From Dendrobates tinctorius (lineage: Eukaryota), in assembly GCF_039654945.1 (NCBI RefSeq), contig NW_027362103.1:744001-808000 (forward strand): DNA of 64,000 nt, written 5' to 3'. The notes under the pieces were generated by a model. The model searched no databases. It was not told the origin of the DNA and worked only from the letters and a program-made list of their open reading frames with translations. The position numbers were made by a program, and so were the translations under genes. The first letter of the stretch is position 1. Each line of letters opens with the position of its first letter. This document shows, piece by piece, positions 48,572-62,245 of this stretch.

Positions 48572-51500
48572 TTGGGGGCTACGACTAACCAAGGGGTGGA
48601 AGAGATGGAGGAAGTGCTGCATGCAGTAGACCCCGTGCAGGCAGCCCGGGCAGATAATCGACAACAACATCGACAGGTCGTGTGGGTTAATGGGAAACGT
48701 ATGCAGGGACTAAGAGATTCAGGAGCAACTTTGACCCTTGTGAAGCCTCATCTCGTCCGGGACCAAGAGAAGACGGACCGGACAGTGGCAGTCCGTGTAG
48801 CAGGGGGAGCTATACATCGACTACCCACTGCCAGGATTCACCTGAACTGGGGAGTCAGGGATGGCCTTGTTGAGGTCGGCTTGATGGAGGATTTGCCTGC
48901 AGACGTCTTGCTGGGAAATGACTTGGGGCCCATGTTGTCTGCATTCTCGGTGGCCCCTCTGGTTGAGACCTATCCTATGACCACCTAGAGACAAGCTCGA
49001 GCTGTGGAGGCGGAATCACACTCAGAAGAGGCCCAGGTAAGACATCCCAGCCCTGCACGTATTCCCATAGCCAGACACATTTCTTGGGCCACCCCAGATG
49101 AATTTAAGAGGGAGTTACTTGAGGATCCTTCATTAGAGGGATATCGTGGGAAGGCACAGGAGGGGAGAGGAGTACTGGAAGGGGAACAGTTTGTATGGAA
49201 GCAGGGACTCCTCTACCGGATCACAGAGCAGCACCACACAGGGACGAGCCCCACTATAAAACAACAGCTGGTAGTTCCCAAGAAGTATAGGCAGGAGCTA
49301 CTGCGAATCTCTCATGATATACCCTTGGCCGGGCACTTCGGCGTCAGTCGCACCAGGCATCGTCTGACACAAAACTTCTTTTGGCCAGGGGTAACATATG
49401 ATGTTCGTCAGTACTGCCAGACCTGTGACAGTTGTCAGCGCATTGGCAAGAGGGGGGATCGATGCAAGGCCTTAATTACGCCCCCTCCCCATTGTGGAGG
49501 AACCATTTAGCCGAGTAGCGGTCGATCTGATAGGGCCGTTAGCCAAACCCAGTCCGTCCGGGAAAAAGTATATATTGACAGTGGTAGATTATGCCACACG
49601 GTATCCAGAGGCGGTTGCGTTACCTAACATACTGGCAGAGACGGTGGCGGCCTCCCTGCTCCAGGTTTTCTCACGGGTTGGATTTCCCCGGGAGATTATC
49701 TCGGACCAGGGTACCCAGTTTACAGCAGAGGTGACCAACCAATTGTGGAAGAGCGTAGAGTCCATTAGAAGCGCCCCGTACCACCCGCACACCAATGGGT
49801 TGTGTGAACGCTTTAATGGGACATTAAAACAGCTCATTGGGACTTTTACCAGGACCTACAGGGACTGGGAGAAATTCTTGCCACACCTCCTGTTTGCCAA
49901 TCGGGAGGTGCCCCAAGAATCCACGGGGTTCTCCACGTTCGAGCTGGTATACGGGAGACGGGTAAGGGGACCCCTAGACTTAGTGCTGGAACACTGGGAA
50001 GGGGAGGGTCTCATAGAAGGGGTACCTATTGTACCCTATGTGCTGGAATTTCGGGACCGCCTACAGGAGCTGACTCAGGCTGTATGTGAGAACATGCAGG
50101 CGACCCAGCGGCGCCAGCGCATATGGTACGATCGGAGGGCCAGAGAGCGCACTTTGGAAATAGGACAGAAGGTCCTGGTGTTAGAGCCCACGAAGCAGAA
50201 TAAGTTCCAAGCTGCATGGCAGGGGCCCTACCAGGTAGTGGGGAAAATAGCCGACACAACCTATAATGTCGCCGATTGTGACGACCCCAGGGTTATCCGC
50301 ATGTTCCACGTGAATATGCTGAAGCCCTACCGGGAGCGCCCTGAAGAGGTAGTGGCCATCTGTGCACCTGAAGCAGAGGATTTAGCCGGACTTCCCTTGC
50401 CGGATGTCTTAGGGGAAAGGACTCAGTCTAAAACAAGGGACCAGGTACACTTGCGTGAAGACCTAGGCCCCCGGGAGAGACAGCAGGCGGAGGCGTTGAG
50501 GCTGCGACAGAGGATGTTTTCAGAGAGACCGGGGTACACTCTCCTGGCACAACACAAGGTTGAGACCCAGGATCAGACCCCCCTGCGACAAAACCCCTTC
50601 CGCGTCCCTGAGTCTGTACGAGAGGGGATGTGACAAGAGATACAAGAGATGCTGCGTTTAGGGGTCATTGAAGAGTCAGATAGTCCCTGGGCATCCCCCG
50701 TAGTGTTAGTGCCCAAGAAGGATGGGACTACACGGTTTTGTGTAGACTATCGTAAGCTCAATGAGAAAACAGTGACGGATGCATACCCCATGCCGCGTGT
50801 GGATGAGTTGTTAGACCGGCTGGCGGGGGCAAAGTATTTGACCACCATCGATCTATGCAAAGGCTACTGGCAGATTCCCCTTAGTCCTGACGCTATTCCC
50901 AAGTCGGCATTTGTCACCCCGTTCGGCTTATTCCAGTTTCGAGTTATGCCATTCGGGATGAAGAATGCCTCGGCGACCTTCCAAAGGCTGGCTGACCGGC
51001 TTCTGGATGGTCTCCAGGAGTATGCTTGTGCCTACCTGGACGACATCGCCATCTACAGTGCAACATGGGAAGAGCATCTAAATCACCTAGAGACATTATT
51101 GGACAGGATCCACCAGGCCGGAATCACCCTGAACCCAAACAAGTATCACGTGGGCAAAGCAGAGGTTCAGTATTTAGGGCATTGGGTGGGAAGTGGGAAA
51201 CAGCGACCAGAACCAGCCAAGATTTAGGCCATAGCCAAATGGCCCATCCCACGCACTAAAACCCAGGTCATGGCGTTTCTAGGGACAGCGGGGTATTACA
51301 GGAAATTCGTTCCCAATTACAGCAGCGTAGCCAAGCCCCTCACTGATCTGACCCGTAAGAACCAACCCCGCCAGGTAACCTGGACCTCAGAGTGTGAGGA
51401 AGCCTTCCGCCAACTAAAGGACGCCCTCACCAATACCCCTGTATTGGCCGCACCCGATCCAACTACACGTTTCCTTGTTCATACGGACGCTTCTATGTTT

Positions 51501-51853
51501 GGATTGGGGGCAGTACTGAGCCAGGTCGGGCCGGACGGCCAAGAACACCTGGTAGCTTACCTGAGTCGGAAACTACAGCCCCGCGAAGCTATGCGGCCAT
51601 CGAGAAGGAGTGCCTGGCGGTAGTATGGGCAAACAAGAAGTTACAACCATATTTGTATGGAGGACAGTTTTCCCTCCTAACGGACCATAATACCCTAGTC
51701 TGGCTTAATCGGGTCTCCGGAGACAACGCCAGATTGCTGCAGTGGAGTTTAACCCTACAACCTCCGGACTTCACCATCCACTACAGACCCGGCAAACAAA
51801 ACGGTAACGCCGATGGACTAAGTCGACAAACGGAACTTGTACCAACCCCATAA
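48572..51853 (+). pseudogene. pol remnant: protease, integrase, RT, RNase H
   Basis: LRDSGAT (PR); H-H-C-C plus VDLIGP, ISDQGTQF, NGLCERFN (IN); YLDD (RT); HTDASMFGLGAVL, TDH (RH); several stops and frameshifts. Confidence 0.93.
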
Positions 51854-52327
51854 ACTTCAGTCATCCCCAAACCGATCCGTTGAGGATCAGACTGTGTATG
51901 CCGATCGCGTCGCTGAAAAGGGGAGCCGTGTTACAGAAACACTCAGCCCCCAGAATATGTTGTGCAGTTATATGTATGGATAATAGGTTCTATGTGAGAT
52001 GCATGTCCCTAATGCATCAGCATTCCCCCTTTTGTCCGCCCTCCCCCCACCTTTGTAATTCCCACAGTAAACATCGGCAGGCTCCGGCCACCTGCGGCTT
52101 GTCTATTGGCCTGCCCTCTGTATCTGTGTGATATATACTGTGTCCTGTGAGTAAAGTGTTGTCAGACTGGAAATACATGGAGAAGCAGTGATCTTTTATA
52201 TGCGCCCATGCACTCAGAGGAATTCCAGCCAGCGTCCTTCATTCAGACTCTAGCCAACGCAGAGCGGACCTCCGAAAATACGGGGTGGTACTGAAAGAGG
52301 TACCCCAGCTTGGTAGAACCCGTTACA

Positions 52328-55203
52328 GGGCCCTCACAGCCATAGATAACGGGGCCCTCGCAGCCATAGATAATGGGGCCCTCGCAGCCATAGATAATGG
52401 GGCCCTCGCAGCCATAGATAATGGGGCCCTCGCAGCCATAAAAAATGGGGCCCTCGCAGCCATAAAAAATGGGGCCCTCACAGCCATAGATAATGGGACC
52501 CTCGCAGCCATAGATAATGGGGCCCTCACAGTCATAGATAATGGGGCCCTCACAGTCATAGATAATGGGGCCCTCACAGTCATAGATAATGGGGCCCTCA
52601 CAGCCATAGATAATGGGGTCCTCACAGTCATAGATAATGGGGCCCTCACAGCCATAGATAATGGGGTCCTCACAGCCATAATGGGCCCTCACAGCCATAA
52701 AAAATGGGGTCCTCGCAGCCATAGATAATGGGACCCTCGCAGCCATAGATAATGGGGCCCTCACAGTCATAGATAATGGGGCCCTCACAGCCATAGATAA
52801 TGGGGTCCTCACAGCCATAATGGGCCCTCACAGCCATAAAAAATGGGGCCCTCACAGCCATAAAAAATGGGGCCCTCACAGCCATAAAAAATGGGGCCCT
52901 CGCAGCCATAGATAATGGGACCCTCACAGCCATAGATAATGGGGCCCTCACAGCCATAGATAATGGGACCCTCACAGCCATAGATAATGGGACCCTCACA
53001 GCCATAGATAATGGGGCCCTCACAGCCATAGATAATGGGGTCCTCACAGCCATAATGGGCCCTCACAGCCATAAAAAATGGGGCCCTCACAGCCATAAAA
53101 AATGGGGCCCTCACAGCCATAGATAATGGGACCCTCGCAGCCATAGATAATGGGGCCCTCACAGCCATAGATAATGGGACCCTCACAGCCATAGATAATG
53201 GGGCCCTCACAGCCATAGATAATGGGGTCCTCACAGCCATAGATAATGGGGCCCTCACAGCCATAGATAATGGGGCCCTCACAGCCATAATGGGGCCCTC
53301 ACAGCCATAGATAATGGGGCCCTCACAGCCATAGATAATGGGGCCCTCACAGCCATAGATAATGGGGTCCTCACAGCCATAGATAATGGGGCCCTCACAG
53401 CCATAGATAATGGGGTCCTCACAGCCATAGATAATGGGGCCCTCACAGCCATAGATAATGGGGCCCTCACAGCCATAGATAATGGGGTCCTCACAGCCAT
53501 AGATAATGGGGTCCTCACAGCCATAGATAATGGGGCCCTCACAGCCATAGATAATGGGGTCCTCACAGCCATAGATAATGGGGTCCTCACAGCCATAGAT
53601 AATGGGGTCCTCACAGCCATAGATAATGGGGCCCTCACAGCCATAGATAATGGGGCCCTCACAGCCATAGATAATGGGGCCCTCACAGCCATAGATAATG
53701 GGGCCCTCACAGCCATAGATAATGGGGCCCTCACAGCCATAGATAATGGGGCCCTCACAGCCATAGATAATGGGGCCCTCACAGCCATAGATAATGGGGT
53801 CCTCACAGCCATAGATAATGGGGCCCTCACAGCCATAGATAATGGGGCCCTCACAGCCATAGATAATGGGGCCCTCACAGCCATAGATAATGGGGTCCTC
53901 ACAGCCATAGATAATGGGGTCCTCACAGCCATAGATAATGGGGTCCTCACAGCCATAGATAATGGGGTCCTCACAGCCATAGATAATGGGGCCCTCACAG
54001 CCATAGATAATGGGGCCCTCACAGCCATAGATAATGGGGTCCTCACAGCCATAGATAATGGGGCCCTCACAGCCATAGATAATGGGGCCCTCACAGCCAT
54101 AGATAATGGGGCCCTCACAGCCATAGATAATGGGGTCCTCACAGCCATAGATAATGGGGTCCTCACAGCCATAGATAATGGGGTCCTCACAGCCATAGAT
54201 AATGGGGTCCTCACAGCCATAGATAATGGGGTCCTCACAGCCATAGATAATGGGGCCCTCACAGCCATAGATAATGGGGTCCTCACAGCCATAGATAATG
54301 GGGCCCTCACAGCCATAGATAATGGGGCCCTCACAGCCATAGATAATGGGGTCCTCACAGCCATAGATAATGGGGCCCTCACAGCCATAGATAATGGGGC
54401 CCTCACAGCCATAGATAATGGGGTCCTCACAGCCATAGATAATGGGGCCCTCACAGCCATAGATAATGGGGCCCTCACAGCCATAGATAATGGGGCCCTC
54501 ACAGCCATAGATAATGGGGCCCTCACAGCCATAGATAATGGGGCCCTCACAGCCATAGATAATGGGGTCCTCACAGCCATAGATAATGGGGTCCTCACAG
54601 CCATAGATAATGGGGCCCTCACAGCCATAGATAATGGGGTCCTCACAGCCATAGATAATGGGGTCCTCACAGCCATAGATAATGGGGTCCTCACAGCCAT
54701 AGATAATGGGGTCCTCACAGCCATAGATAATGGGGTCCTCACAGCCATAGATAATGGGGCCCTCACAGCCATAGATAATGGGGTCCTCACAGCCATAGAT
54801 AATGGGGCCCTCACAGCCATAGATAATGGGGCCCTCACAGCCATAGATAATGGGGCCCTCACAGCCATAGATAATGGGGCCCTCACAGCCATAGATAATG
54901 GGGCCCTCACAGCCATAGATAATGGGGTCCTCACAGCCATAGATAATGGGGTCCTCACAGCCATAGATAATGGGGCCCTCACAGCCATAATGGGCCCTCA
55001 CAGCCATAGATAATGGGGCCCTCACAGCCATAGATAATGGGGTCCTCACAGCCATAGATAATGGGGTCCTCACAGCCATAGATAATGGGGCCCTCACAGC
55101 CATAATGGGGCCCTCACAGCCATAGATAATGGGGCCCTCACAGCCATAGATAATGGGGCCCTCACAGCCATAGATAATGGGGCCCTCACAGCCATAATGG
55201 GCC
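52328..55203. repeat. 24-bp minisatellite, main array (~120 units)
   Basis: GGGG(C/T)CCTCACAGCCATAGATAAT, extremely homogeneous from 53290 to 54990. Confidence 0.96.
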
Positions 55204-55470
55204 CCGGGCCCTGGTGACGTCATCATACCTGCGCCACCCCGCCGTAGCTCCGGCACACAGCCGCAGTCCGCAGTCTTCTCACTGACAGGAGCGCAGCCAT
55301 GGCCGCCGGCGCGTCCCTGACCGGAGGAAGGAAGGACATCACCGGGGCGGAGCAGCCGAGACACCGGACACCGACAACACCCACATAAAGGGACAGGAGC
55401 CCGAGAGGAAGAGGAGGAAGGTCCCACAGCTGTACCCAGCCGTGTGTGCAAGACGGCGCTCAGCTGTGTC
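55200..55470 (-). promoter_or_regulatory. Small CpG-rich promoter/5'UTR/exon 1 region of LDHD
   Basis: GC- and CpG-rich ~270-bp patch around the ATG between two satellites; CCGGAA-like/GGAA motifs and a TGACGTCA (CRE) palindrome at ~55215. TSS not determinable. Confidence 0.6.
55229..55300 (-). CDS. LDHD: LDHD exon 1 (MAALLSVRRLRTAAVCRSYGGVAQ), putative mitochondrial presequence
   Basis: Strong Kozak context gcggccATGG, Arg-rich peptide with no acidic residues, CAG|GTATGA donor, 72 nt phase 0, in a GC/CpG-rich patch. Confidence 0.85.
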
Positions 55471-58400
55471 TCTAACCTGTATCTAACCTGTATCTGATCT
55501 GTATCTAACCTGTATCTGATCTGTATCTGATCTGTATCTAATGTGTATCTAACCTGCATCTGAAATGTATCTAACCTGTATCTGATCTGTATCTAATGTG
55601 TATCTGATCTGTATCTAACCTGCATCTGACCTGTATCTGATCTGTATCTGATCTGTATCTAATGTGTATCTAACCTGCATCTGAAATGTATCTAACCTGT
55701 ATCTAATGTGTATCTAACCTGCATCTGAAATGTATCTAACCTGTATCTAATCTGTATCTAATCTGTATCTGATCTGTATCTGATCTGTATCTAACCTGTA
55801 GCTAATCTGTATCTAACCTGTATCTGACCTGTATCTGATCTGTATCTAATGTGTATCTAACCTGTATCTGATCTGTATCTGACCTGTATCTGATCTGTAT
55901 CTAATGTGTATCTAATGTGTATCTAACCTGCATCTGAAATGTATCTAACCTGTATCTAATCTGTATCTGATCTGTATCTAATGTGTATCTAACCTGTATC
56001 TGATCTGTATCTAACCTGTAGCTAATCTGTATCTGATCTGTATCTAACGTGTATCTGATCTGTATCTAATCTGTATCTAACGTGTATCTAACCTGTATCT
56101 GACCTGTATCTAACGTGTATCTAATCTGTATCTAACGTGTATCTGATCTGTATCTAACCTGTATCTGATCTGTATCTAACGTGTATCTGATCTGTATCTA
56201 ATCTGTATCTGATCTGTATCTAACGTGTATCTGATCTGTATCTAACCTGTATCTAATCTGCATCTGATCTGTATCTAACGTGTATCTAATCTGTATCTGA
56301 ATCTGTATCTAACCTGTATCTAATCTCTATCTGATCTGCATCTAACGTGTATCTAATCTGTGATCTGTATCTAACGTGTGTCAAATCTGTATCTGATCTG
56401 TATCTAACGTGTATTTAACCTGTATGTGATCTGTATCTAACGTGTATCTAATCTGTATCTAATGTGTATCTGATCTGTATCTAACGAGTATCTAATGTGT
56501 ATCTGATCTGTATCTAACGTATATCTAATCTGTATCTAATGTGTATCTGATCTGTATCTGACGTGTATCTAACCTGTATCTGAGCTGCACCCACCCGTGT
56601 GTGCAAGACGGCGCTCAGCTGTGTCTCTAATCTGTATCTAACGTGTATCTAATCTGTATCTAATCTGATCTGTATCAGATCTGTATCTAACCTGTATCTG
56701 ATCTGTATCTAATCTGTATCTAACCTGTATCTAACCTGTATCTGATCTGTATCTAACCTGTATCTGATCTGCATCAAACGTGTATCTAATCTGTATCTAA
56801 CGTGTGTCTAATCTGTATGTGGTCTGTATCTAACGTGTATCTAATCTGTATGTAATGTGTATCTGATCTGTATCTAACGAGTATCTAATGTGTATCTGAT
56901 CTGTATCTAACGTGTATCTGATCTGTATCTAACCTGTATCTGATCTGTATCTGATCTGTATCTAATGTGTATCTGAACTCTGTATCTGATCTGTATCTAA
57001 TGGGTATCTAATGTGTATCTGATCTGTATCTAATCTGTATCTAACGAGTATGTAATGTGTATCTGATCTGTATCTAACGTGTATCTGATCTTTATCTAAT
57101 GTGTATCTAATCTGTATGTAATCTGTATCTAATCTGTATCTAACCTGTATCTGATCTGTATCTAATGTGTATCTGAACTCTGTATCTGATCTGTATCTAA
57201 CGTGTATCTAATGGGTATCTAATGTGTATCTGATCTGTATCTAACGAGTATCTAATGTGTATCTGATCTGTATCTAATCTGTATCTGATCTGTATCTAAC
57301 GTGTATCTGATCTGTATCTAATGTGTATCTAACGTGTATCTAATCTGTATCTAACATGTATCTGATCTGTAACTAACGTGTATCTGATCTGTATCTAATC
57401 TGTATCTGATCTGTATCTAATCTGTATCTAATGTGTTTGTAATCTGTATCTAACGTGTATCTAATCTGTATCTAACGTGTATCTAATCTGTATCTAACCT
57501 GTATCTGATCTGTATCTAATGTGTATCTAATCTGTATCTAACCTGTATCTGATCTGTATCTAACGTGTATCTGATCTGTATCTAATGTGTATCTGATCTG
57601 TATCTAACGTGTATCTGATCTGTATCTAATGTGTATCTGATCTGTTTCTAATGTGTATCTAACAAGTATCTAATGTGTATCTAATCTGTATCTAACGTGT
57701 ATCTTATCTGTATCTAACGTGTATCTGATCTGTATCTAACGTGTATCTAATCTGTATCTAACGTGTATCTGATCTGTATCTAACGTGTATCTAATCTGTA
57801 TCTAACGAGTATCTAATGTGTATCTGATCTGTATCTAATGTGTATCTGATCTGTATCTAATGTGTATCTTATCTGTATCTAATGTGTATCTAATTTGTAT
57901 CTAACGTGTATCTGATCTGTATCTAATGTGTATCTGATCTGTATCTAATGTGTATCTAATGTATCTAATCTGTATGTAATCTGTATCTGATCTGTATCTG
58001 ATCTGTATCTAACGTGTATCTGATCTGTATCTAATGTGTATCTAATCTGTATCTGCCGTGTATCTGATCTGTATCTAACGTGTATCTGATCTGTATCTAA
58101 CGTGTATCTGATCTGTATCTAATGTGTATCTGATCTGTAACTAACGTGTATCTGATCTGTATCTGATCTGTATCTAACAAGTATCTAATGTGTATCTAAT
58201 CTGTATCTAATCTGTATCTAACGTGTATCTAATCTGTATCTAACGAGTATCTAATCTGTATCTGATCTGTATCTAGCGTGTATCTGATCTGTATCTAATG
58301 TGTATCTGATCTGTATCTAATGTGTATCTAACAAGTATCTAATGTGTATCTAATCTGTATCTAATCTGTATCTAGCGTGTAATCTGTATCTAACGTGTTT

Positions 58401-59170
58401 CTAATCTGTATCTGATCTGTATTTAGCGTGTATCTGATCTGTATCTAATCTGTATCTGATCTGTATCTGATCTGTATCTAGCAAGTATCTAATGTGTATC
58501 TAATGTGTATGTAATCTGTATCTAATCTGCATCTAACGTGTATCTAATCTGTATCTAACATGTATCTAATCTGTATCTGATCTGTATCTAACAAGTATCT
58601 AATGTGTATCTAATCTGTATGTTATCTGTATCTGATCTGTTTCTAATCTGTATCTGATCTGTATCTAATGTGTATCTAACAAGTATCTAATGTGTATCTA
58701 ATCCGTATCTAATGTGTATCTGATCTGTAACAAGTATCTAATGTGTATCTAATCTGTATGTAATCTGCATCTGATCTGTATCTAATCTGTATCTAACATG
58801 TATCTAATATGTATCTAATCTGTATCTAATGTGTATCTGATCTGTATCTAATGTGTATCTAACAAGTATCTAATGTGTATCTAATCTGTATCTGATCTGT
58901 AACAAGTATCTAATGTGTATATAATCTGTAATCTGCATCTGATCTGTATCTAATCTGTATCTGATCTGTATCTAATCTGTATCTAATCTGTATCTAATGT
59001 GTATCTGATCTTTATCTAACAAGTATCTAATGTGTATCTAATCTGTATTTAATCTTTATCTGATCTGTATCTAATGTGTATCTAACGTGTATCTAATATG
59101 TATCTAATGTGTATCTAATCTGTATCTAACGTGTATCTAATATGTATCTAACCTATATCTAATGTGTATC
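55470..59170. repeat. 10-bp satellite (ATCTGTATCT-type) upstream of LDHD; continues at 61680-61785
   Basis: Tandem TGTATCT(A/G)A(T/C)(C/G) decamers. Confidence 0.95.
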
Positions 59171-61337
59171 AAGAACTGCCAGGCTGCTCAGGTCACCCCC
59201 ACTGTCCATACTTATAGAAACATACAGGCCATTAACACCCAGAAACTTATGAAGAACTTGCAGTCTTCATTGGCCCCTATCTCCTCCCTCTCCTGTCCTG
59301 ATTCTGCACTGAAGCATTTCAATGAAACACTTCAAAGTGCCCTGGATGAATTTGCACCCCCTATAAATAGAACATCACAACACAGACGGCGACAACCCTG
59401 GCACACGGTGCAAACACGTTTCCTGCAGCGGTGCTCCAGGTGCGCCGAACGTCTGTGGAGAAAATCCAATCTACACGAAGATTTCATCCATTATAAGTTT
59501 ATGCTTAGAACATACAACACTGCCCTTCACCTCTCCAAACAAACCTATTTCAACACCCTCATCACCTCACTGTCCAATAACCCGAAATGTCTCTTTGACA
59601 CTTTTCATTCCCTGCTCAACCCAAGAGTACAGGACCCAACCACGGAGCTCCGAGCTGACGATCTGGCCAATTACTTCAAAGAAAAAATTGACCAGATTCG
59701 ACAGGAAATTATCTCCCAATCACCTCATACCATGCACTGTCCTCCCTCCCCCACTGCATCTAGCTCTCTCTCTGATTTTGAACCAGTCACAGAAGAAGTA
59801 AGCAGGCTCCTTGCATCTTCTCGCCCAACTACTTGCACCAGTGACCCTTTTCCGTCACATCTCCAGTCCCTTTCCCCCCGCTGTCACCCCTCACCTAACT
59901 AAAATATTTAACCTCTCTTCTGGTATCTTTCCCTCCTCATTTAAGCATGCCGTCATACATCCACTACTTAAAAAACCATCCCTCGACCAAAACTGTGCCG
60001 CTAACTATAGACCTGTCTCTAATCTTCCCTTCATCTCTAAACTCCTGAAACGCCTGGTCCACTCCCGTCTGATCCGCTGTCTCTTTGATAACTCTCTTCT
60101 CGACCCTCTCCAATCCAGTTTCTGCTCTTTACACTCTACTGAAACTGCCCTCACTAAAGTCTCTAATGATCTGCTAACAGCTAAATCTAATGGTCATTAC
60201 TCCATGCTAATTCTCTTGGATCTCTCTGCAGCATTCGACACGGTGGATCATCAGCTCCTCCTCACTATGCTCCGTTCCATCGGCCTCAAGGACACCGTTC
60301 TCTCCTGGTTCTCCTCCTATCTCTCTGACCGCTCCTTTACTGTATCTTTTGCCGGTTCCTCCTCCTCTCACCTTCCCCTTACTGTTGGGGTTCCTCAAGG
60401 ATCGGTCCTAGGCCTCCTCTTCTCCTTGTACACTGCCCCTATTGGTCAAACAATCAGTAGATTTGGTTTCCAGTACCATCTCTATGCTGATGACACCCAA
60501 TTATACGCTTCTTCTCCTGACATCACGCCAGCCTTTCTAGAAAACACCAGCGATTGTCTAAATGCTGTGTCTAACATCATGTCCTCACTATATCTGAAAC
60601 TGAACCTGTCAAAGACTGAACTCCTTGTGTTTCCTCCCGCTACTAATGTACCTATACCCGACATTGCCATTTCCGTCTGTGGTTCCACTATTACTCCCCA
60701 GCAACAGGCCCGCTGTCATGGGGTCATACTTGACTCCGAGCTTTCCTTTGCACCCCACATCCGATCACTGGCTCGCTCTTGTCATCTGCACCTCAAAAAC
60801 ATTTCTAGAATTCGACCTTTTCTTACTTTTGACTCTGCAAAAACTCTTACTGTTTCTCTTATTCATTCTCGTCTCGACTATTGTAACTCTCTTCTAATCG
60901 GTCTCCCTATTACCAAACTCTCCCCCCTCCAATCTGTCTTGAATGCTGCTGCCAGGATCATATTCCTCGACAATCATTACACCGATGCCTCTACCTTGTG
61001 CCAGTCATTACACTGGCTACCCATCCACTCCAGAATCCAGTACAAACTTATTACCCTCACCCACAAAGCCCTCCATAGCTCAGCACCACCTTACATCTCC
61101 TCCCTTGTTTCAGTATACCATCCTACCCGCGCCCTCCGTTCTGCTGATGACCTGAGGTTAGCATCCTCAATAGTCAGAACCTCCCACTCCCGTCTCCAAG
61201 ACTTTACACGTGCTGCACCAATTCTTTGGAATGCACTTCCCAGGTCAATACGATTAGTCCCCAATCCCCACAATTTTAAGCGTGTCCTGAAAACGCATTT
61301 ATTCAGACTGGCCTATCGCCTCAACACATTAACCTAA
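59162..61337 (+). pseudogene. L2 ORF2 (RT) remnant
   Basis: Two overlapping ORFs (59162-59902 and 59811-61337) joined by a frameshift; endonuclease domain absent. Confidence 0.9.
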
Positions 61338-61680
61338 CCTATCCCTGTGTGGCACAGCCAAAAGTTTTACCATAACCAGATTCCCCGCATCATGTTCCCA
61401 CATGCCTTATGCATCCATTAGCCCTCTATGTCTGTACAGTTACCCACTTAACACTATGGCTGGTCCATACAATCAGGGCAACTGCTACCACCCACCTTTC
61501 GTGTCTTTCCTCATAGACTGTAAGCTTGCGAGCAGGGCCCTCATTCCTCTTGGTATCTGTTATAATCTACTGTATGTGATTATTGTTATGCTGTAATGTC
61601 TATTGTCTGTACAGGTCCCCTCTGAAATCTAAAGTGCTGCGGAATATGTCGGCGCTATAGAAATAACATTTATTATTATC
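59165..61680 (+). mobile_element. L2 LINE, 5'-truncated
   Basis: ORF2 RT motifs ([58 protein letters not shown]); 3' tail GTGCTGCGGAATATGTCGGCGCTATAGAAATAA..TTATTATT. Confidence 0.93.
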
Positions 61681-62245
61681 TATTCTGTATCCCTGTGTAT
61701 CTAATATGCGTCTGTGCATCTAATCTGTATCTAACGTGTATCTAGCGTGTATCCGTGTGTATCTAATATGTATCCATGTGTAGCTAATAGTAACATAGCA
61801 AGGCGGTAAAAAGCGCTATGTCCATCCAGTTCAGCCTATATTCCATCATAATAAATCCCCAGATCTACGTCCTTCTAAAGAACCTAACAATAATGGTAAG
61901 ATACAATATTGTTACGCTCCAGGAAGACATCCAGGCCTCTCTTGAACCCCTCGACTGAGTTCGCCATCACCACCTCCTCAGGCAGGGAATTCCAGATTCT
62001 CACTGCCCTAACAGTAAAGAATTCTCTTTTATGTTGGTGGAGAATCCTTCTCTCCTCCAGACGCAGAGAATGCCCCCTTGTGACCGTCACCTTCCTTGGT
62101 ATAAACAGATCCTCGGAGAGAAATTTGTATTGTCCCCTTATATACTTATACATGGTTATTAGATCGCCCCTCAGTCGTCTTTTTTCTAAACTAAATAATC
62201 CTATTTTGCTAATCTCTCTGGGTATTGTAGTTCCCTCATCCCCTT

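Larger units (their letters stand above)
46927..52327 (+). mobile_element. Gmr1-like Gypsy LTR retrotransposon, full length, defective
   Basis: LTRs 46927-47333 and 51929-52327 (TG..CA); 5-bp TSD GGGCC; PBS TGGTGGCAG.. at 47335 (tRNA-Leu-like); PPT GAAAAGGGGAG ~51915; domain order gag-PR-IN-RT-RH. Confidence 0.96.
2914..55300 (-). other. LDHD: LDHD gene span (coding exons 1-9; 3' exons outside window)
   Basis: Nine exons joined by GT-AG introns with consistent phases give one continuous protein matching FAD-linked D-lactate dehydrogenase motifs ([68 protein letters not shown]). Confidence 0.96.

Noticed and set aside
52809-55559. 916-aa ORF with YGCEGPII repeats
   Set aside because: 24-bp repeat read-through overlapping LDHD exon 1 in another frame.
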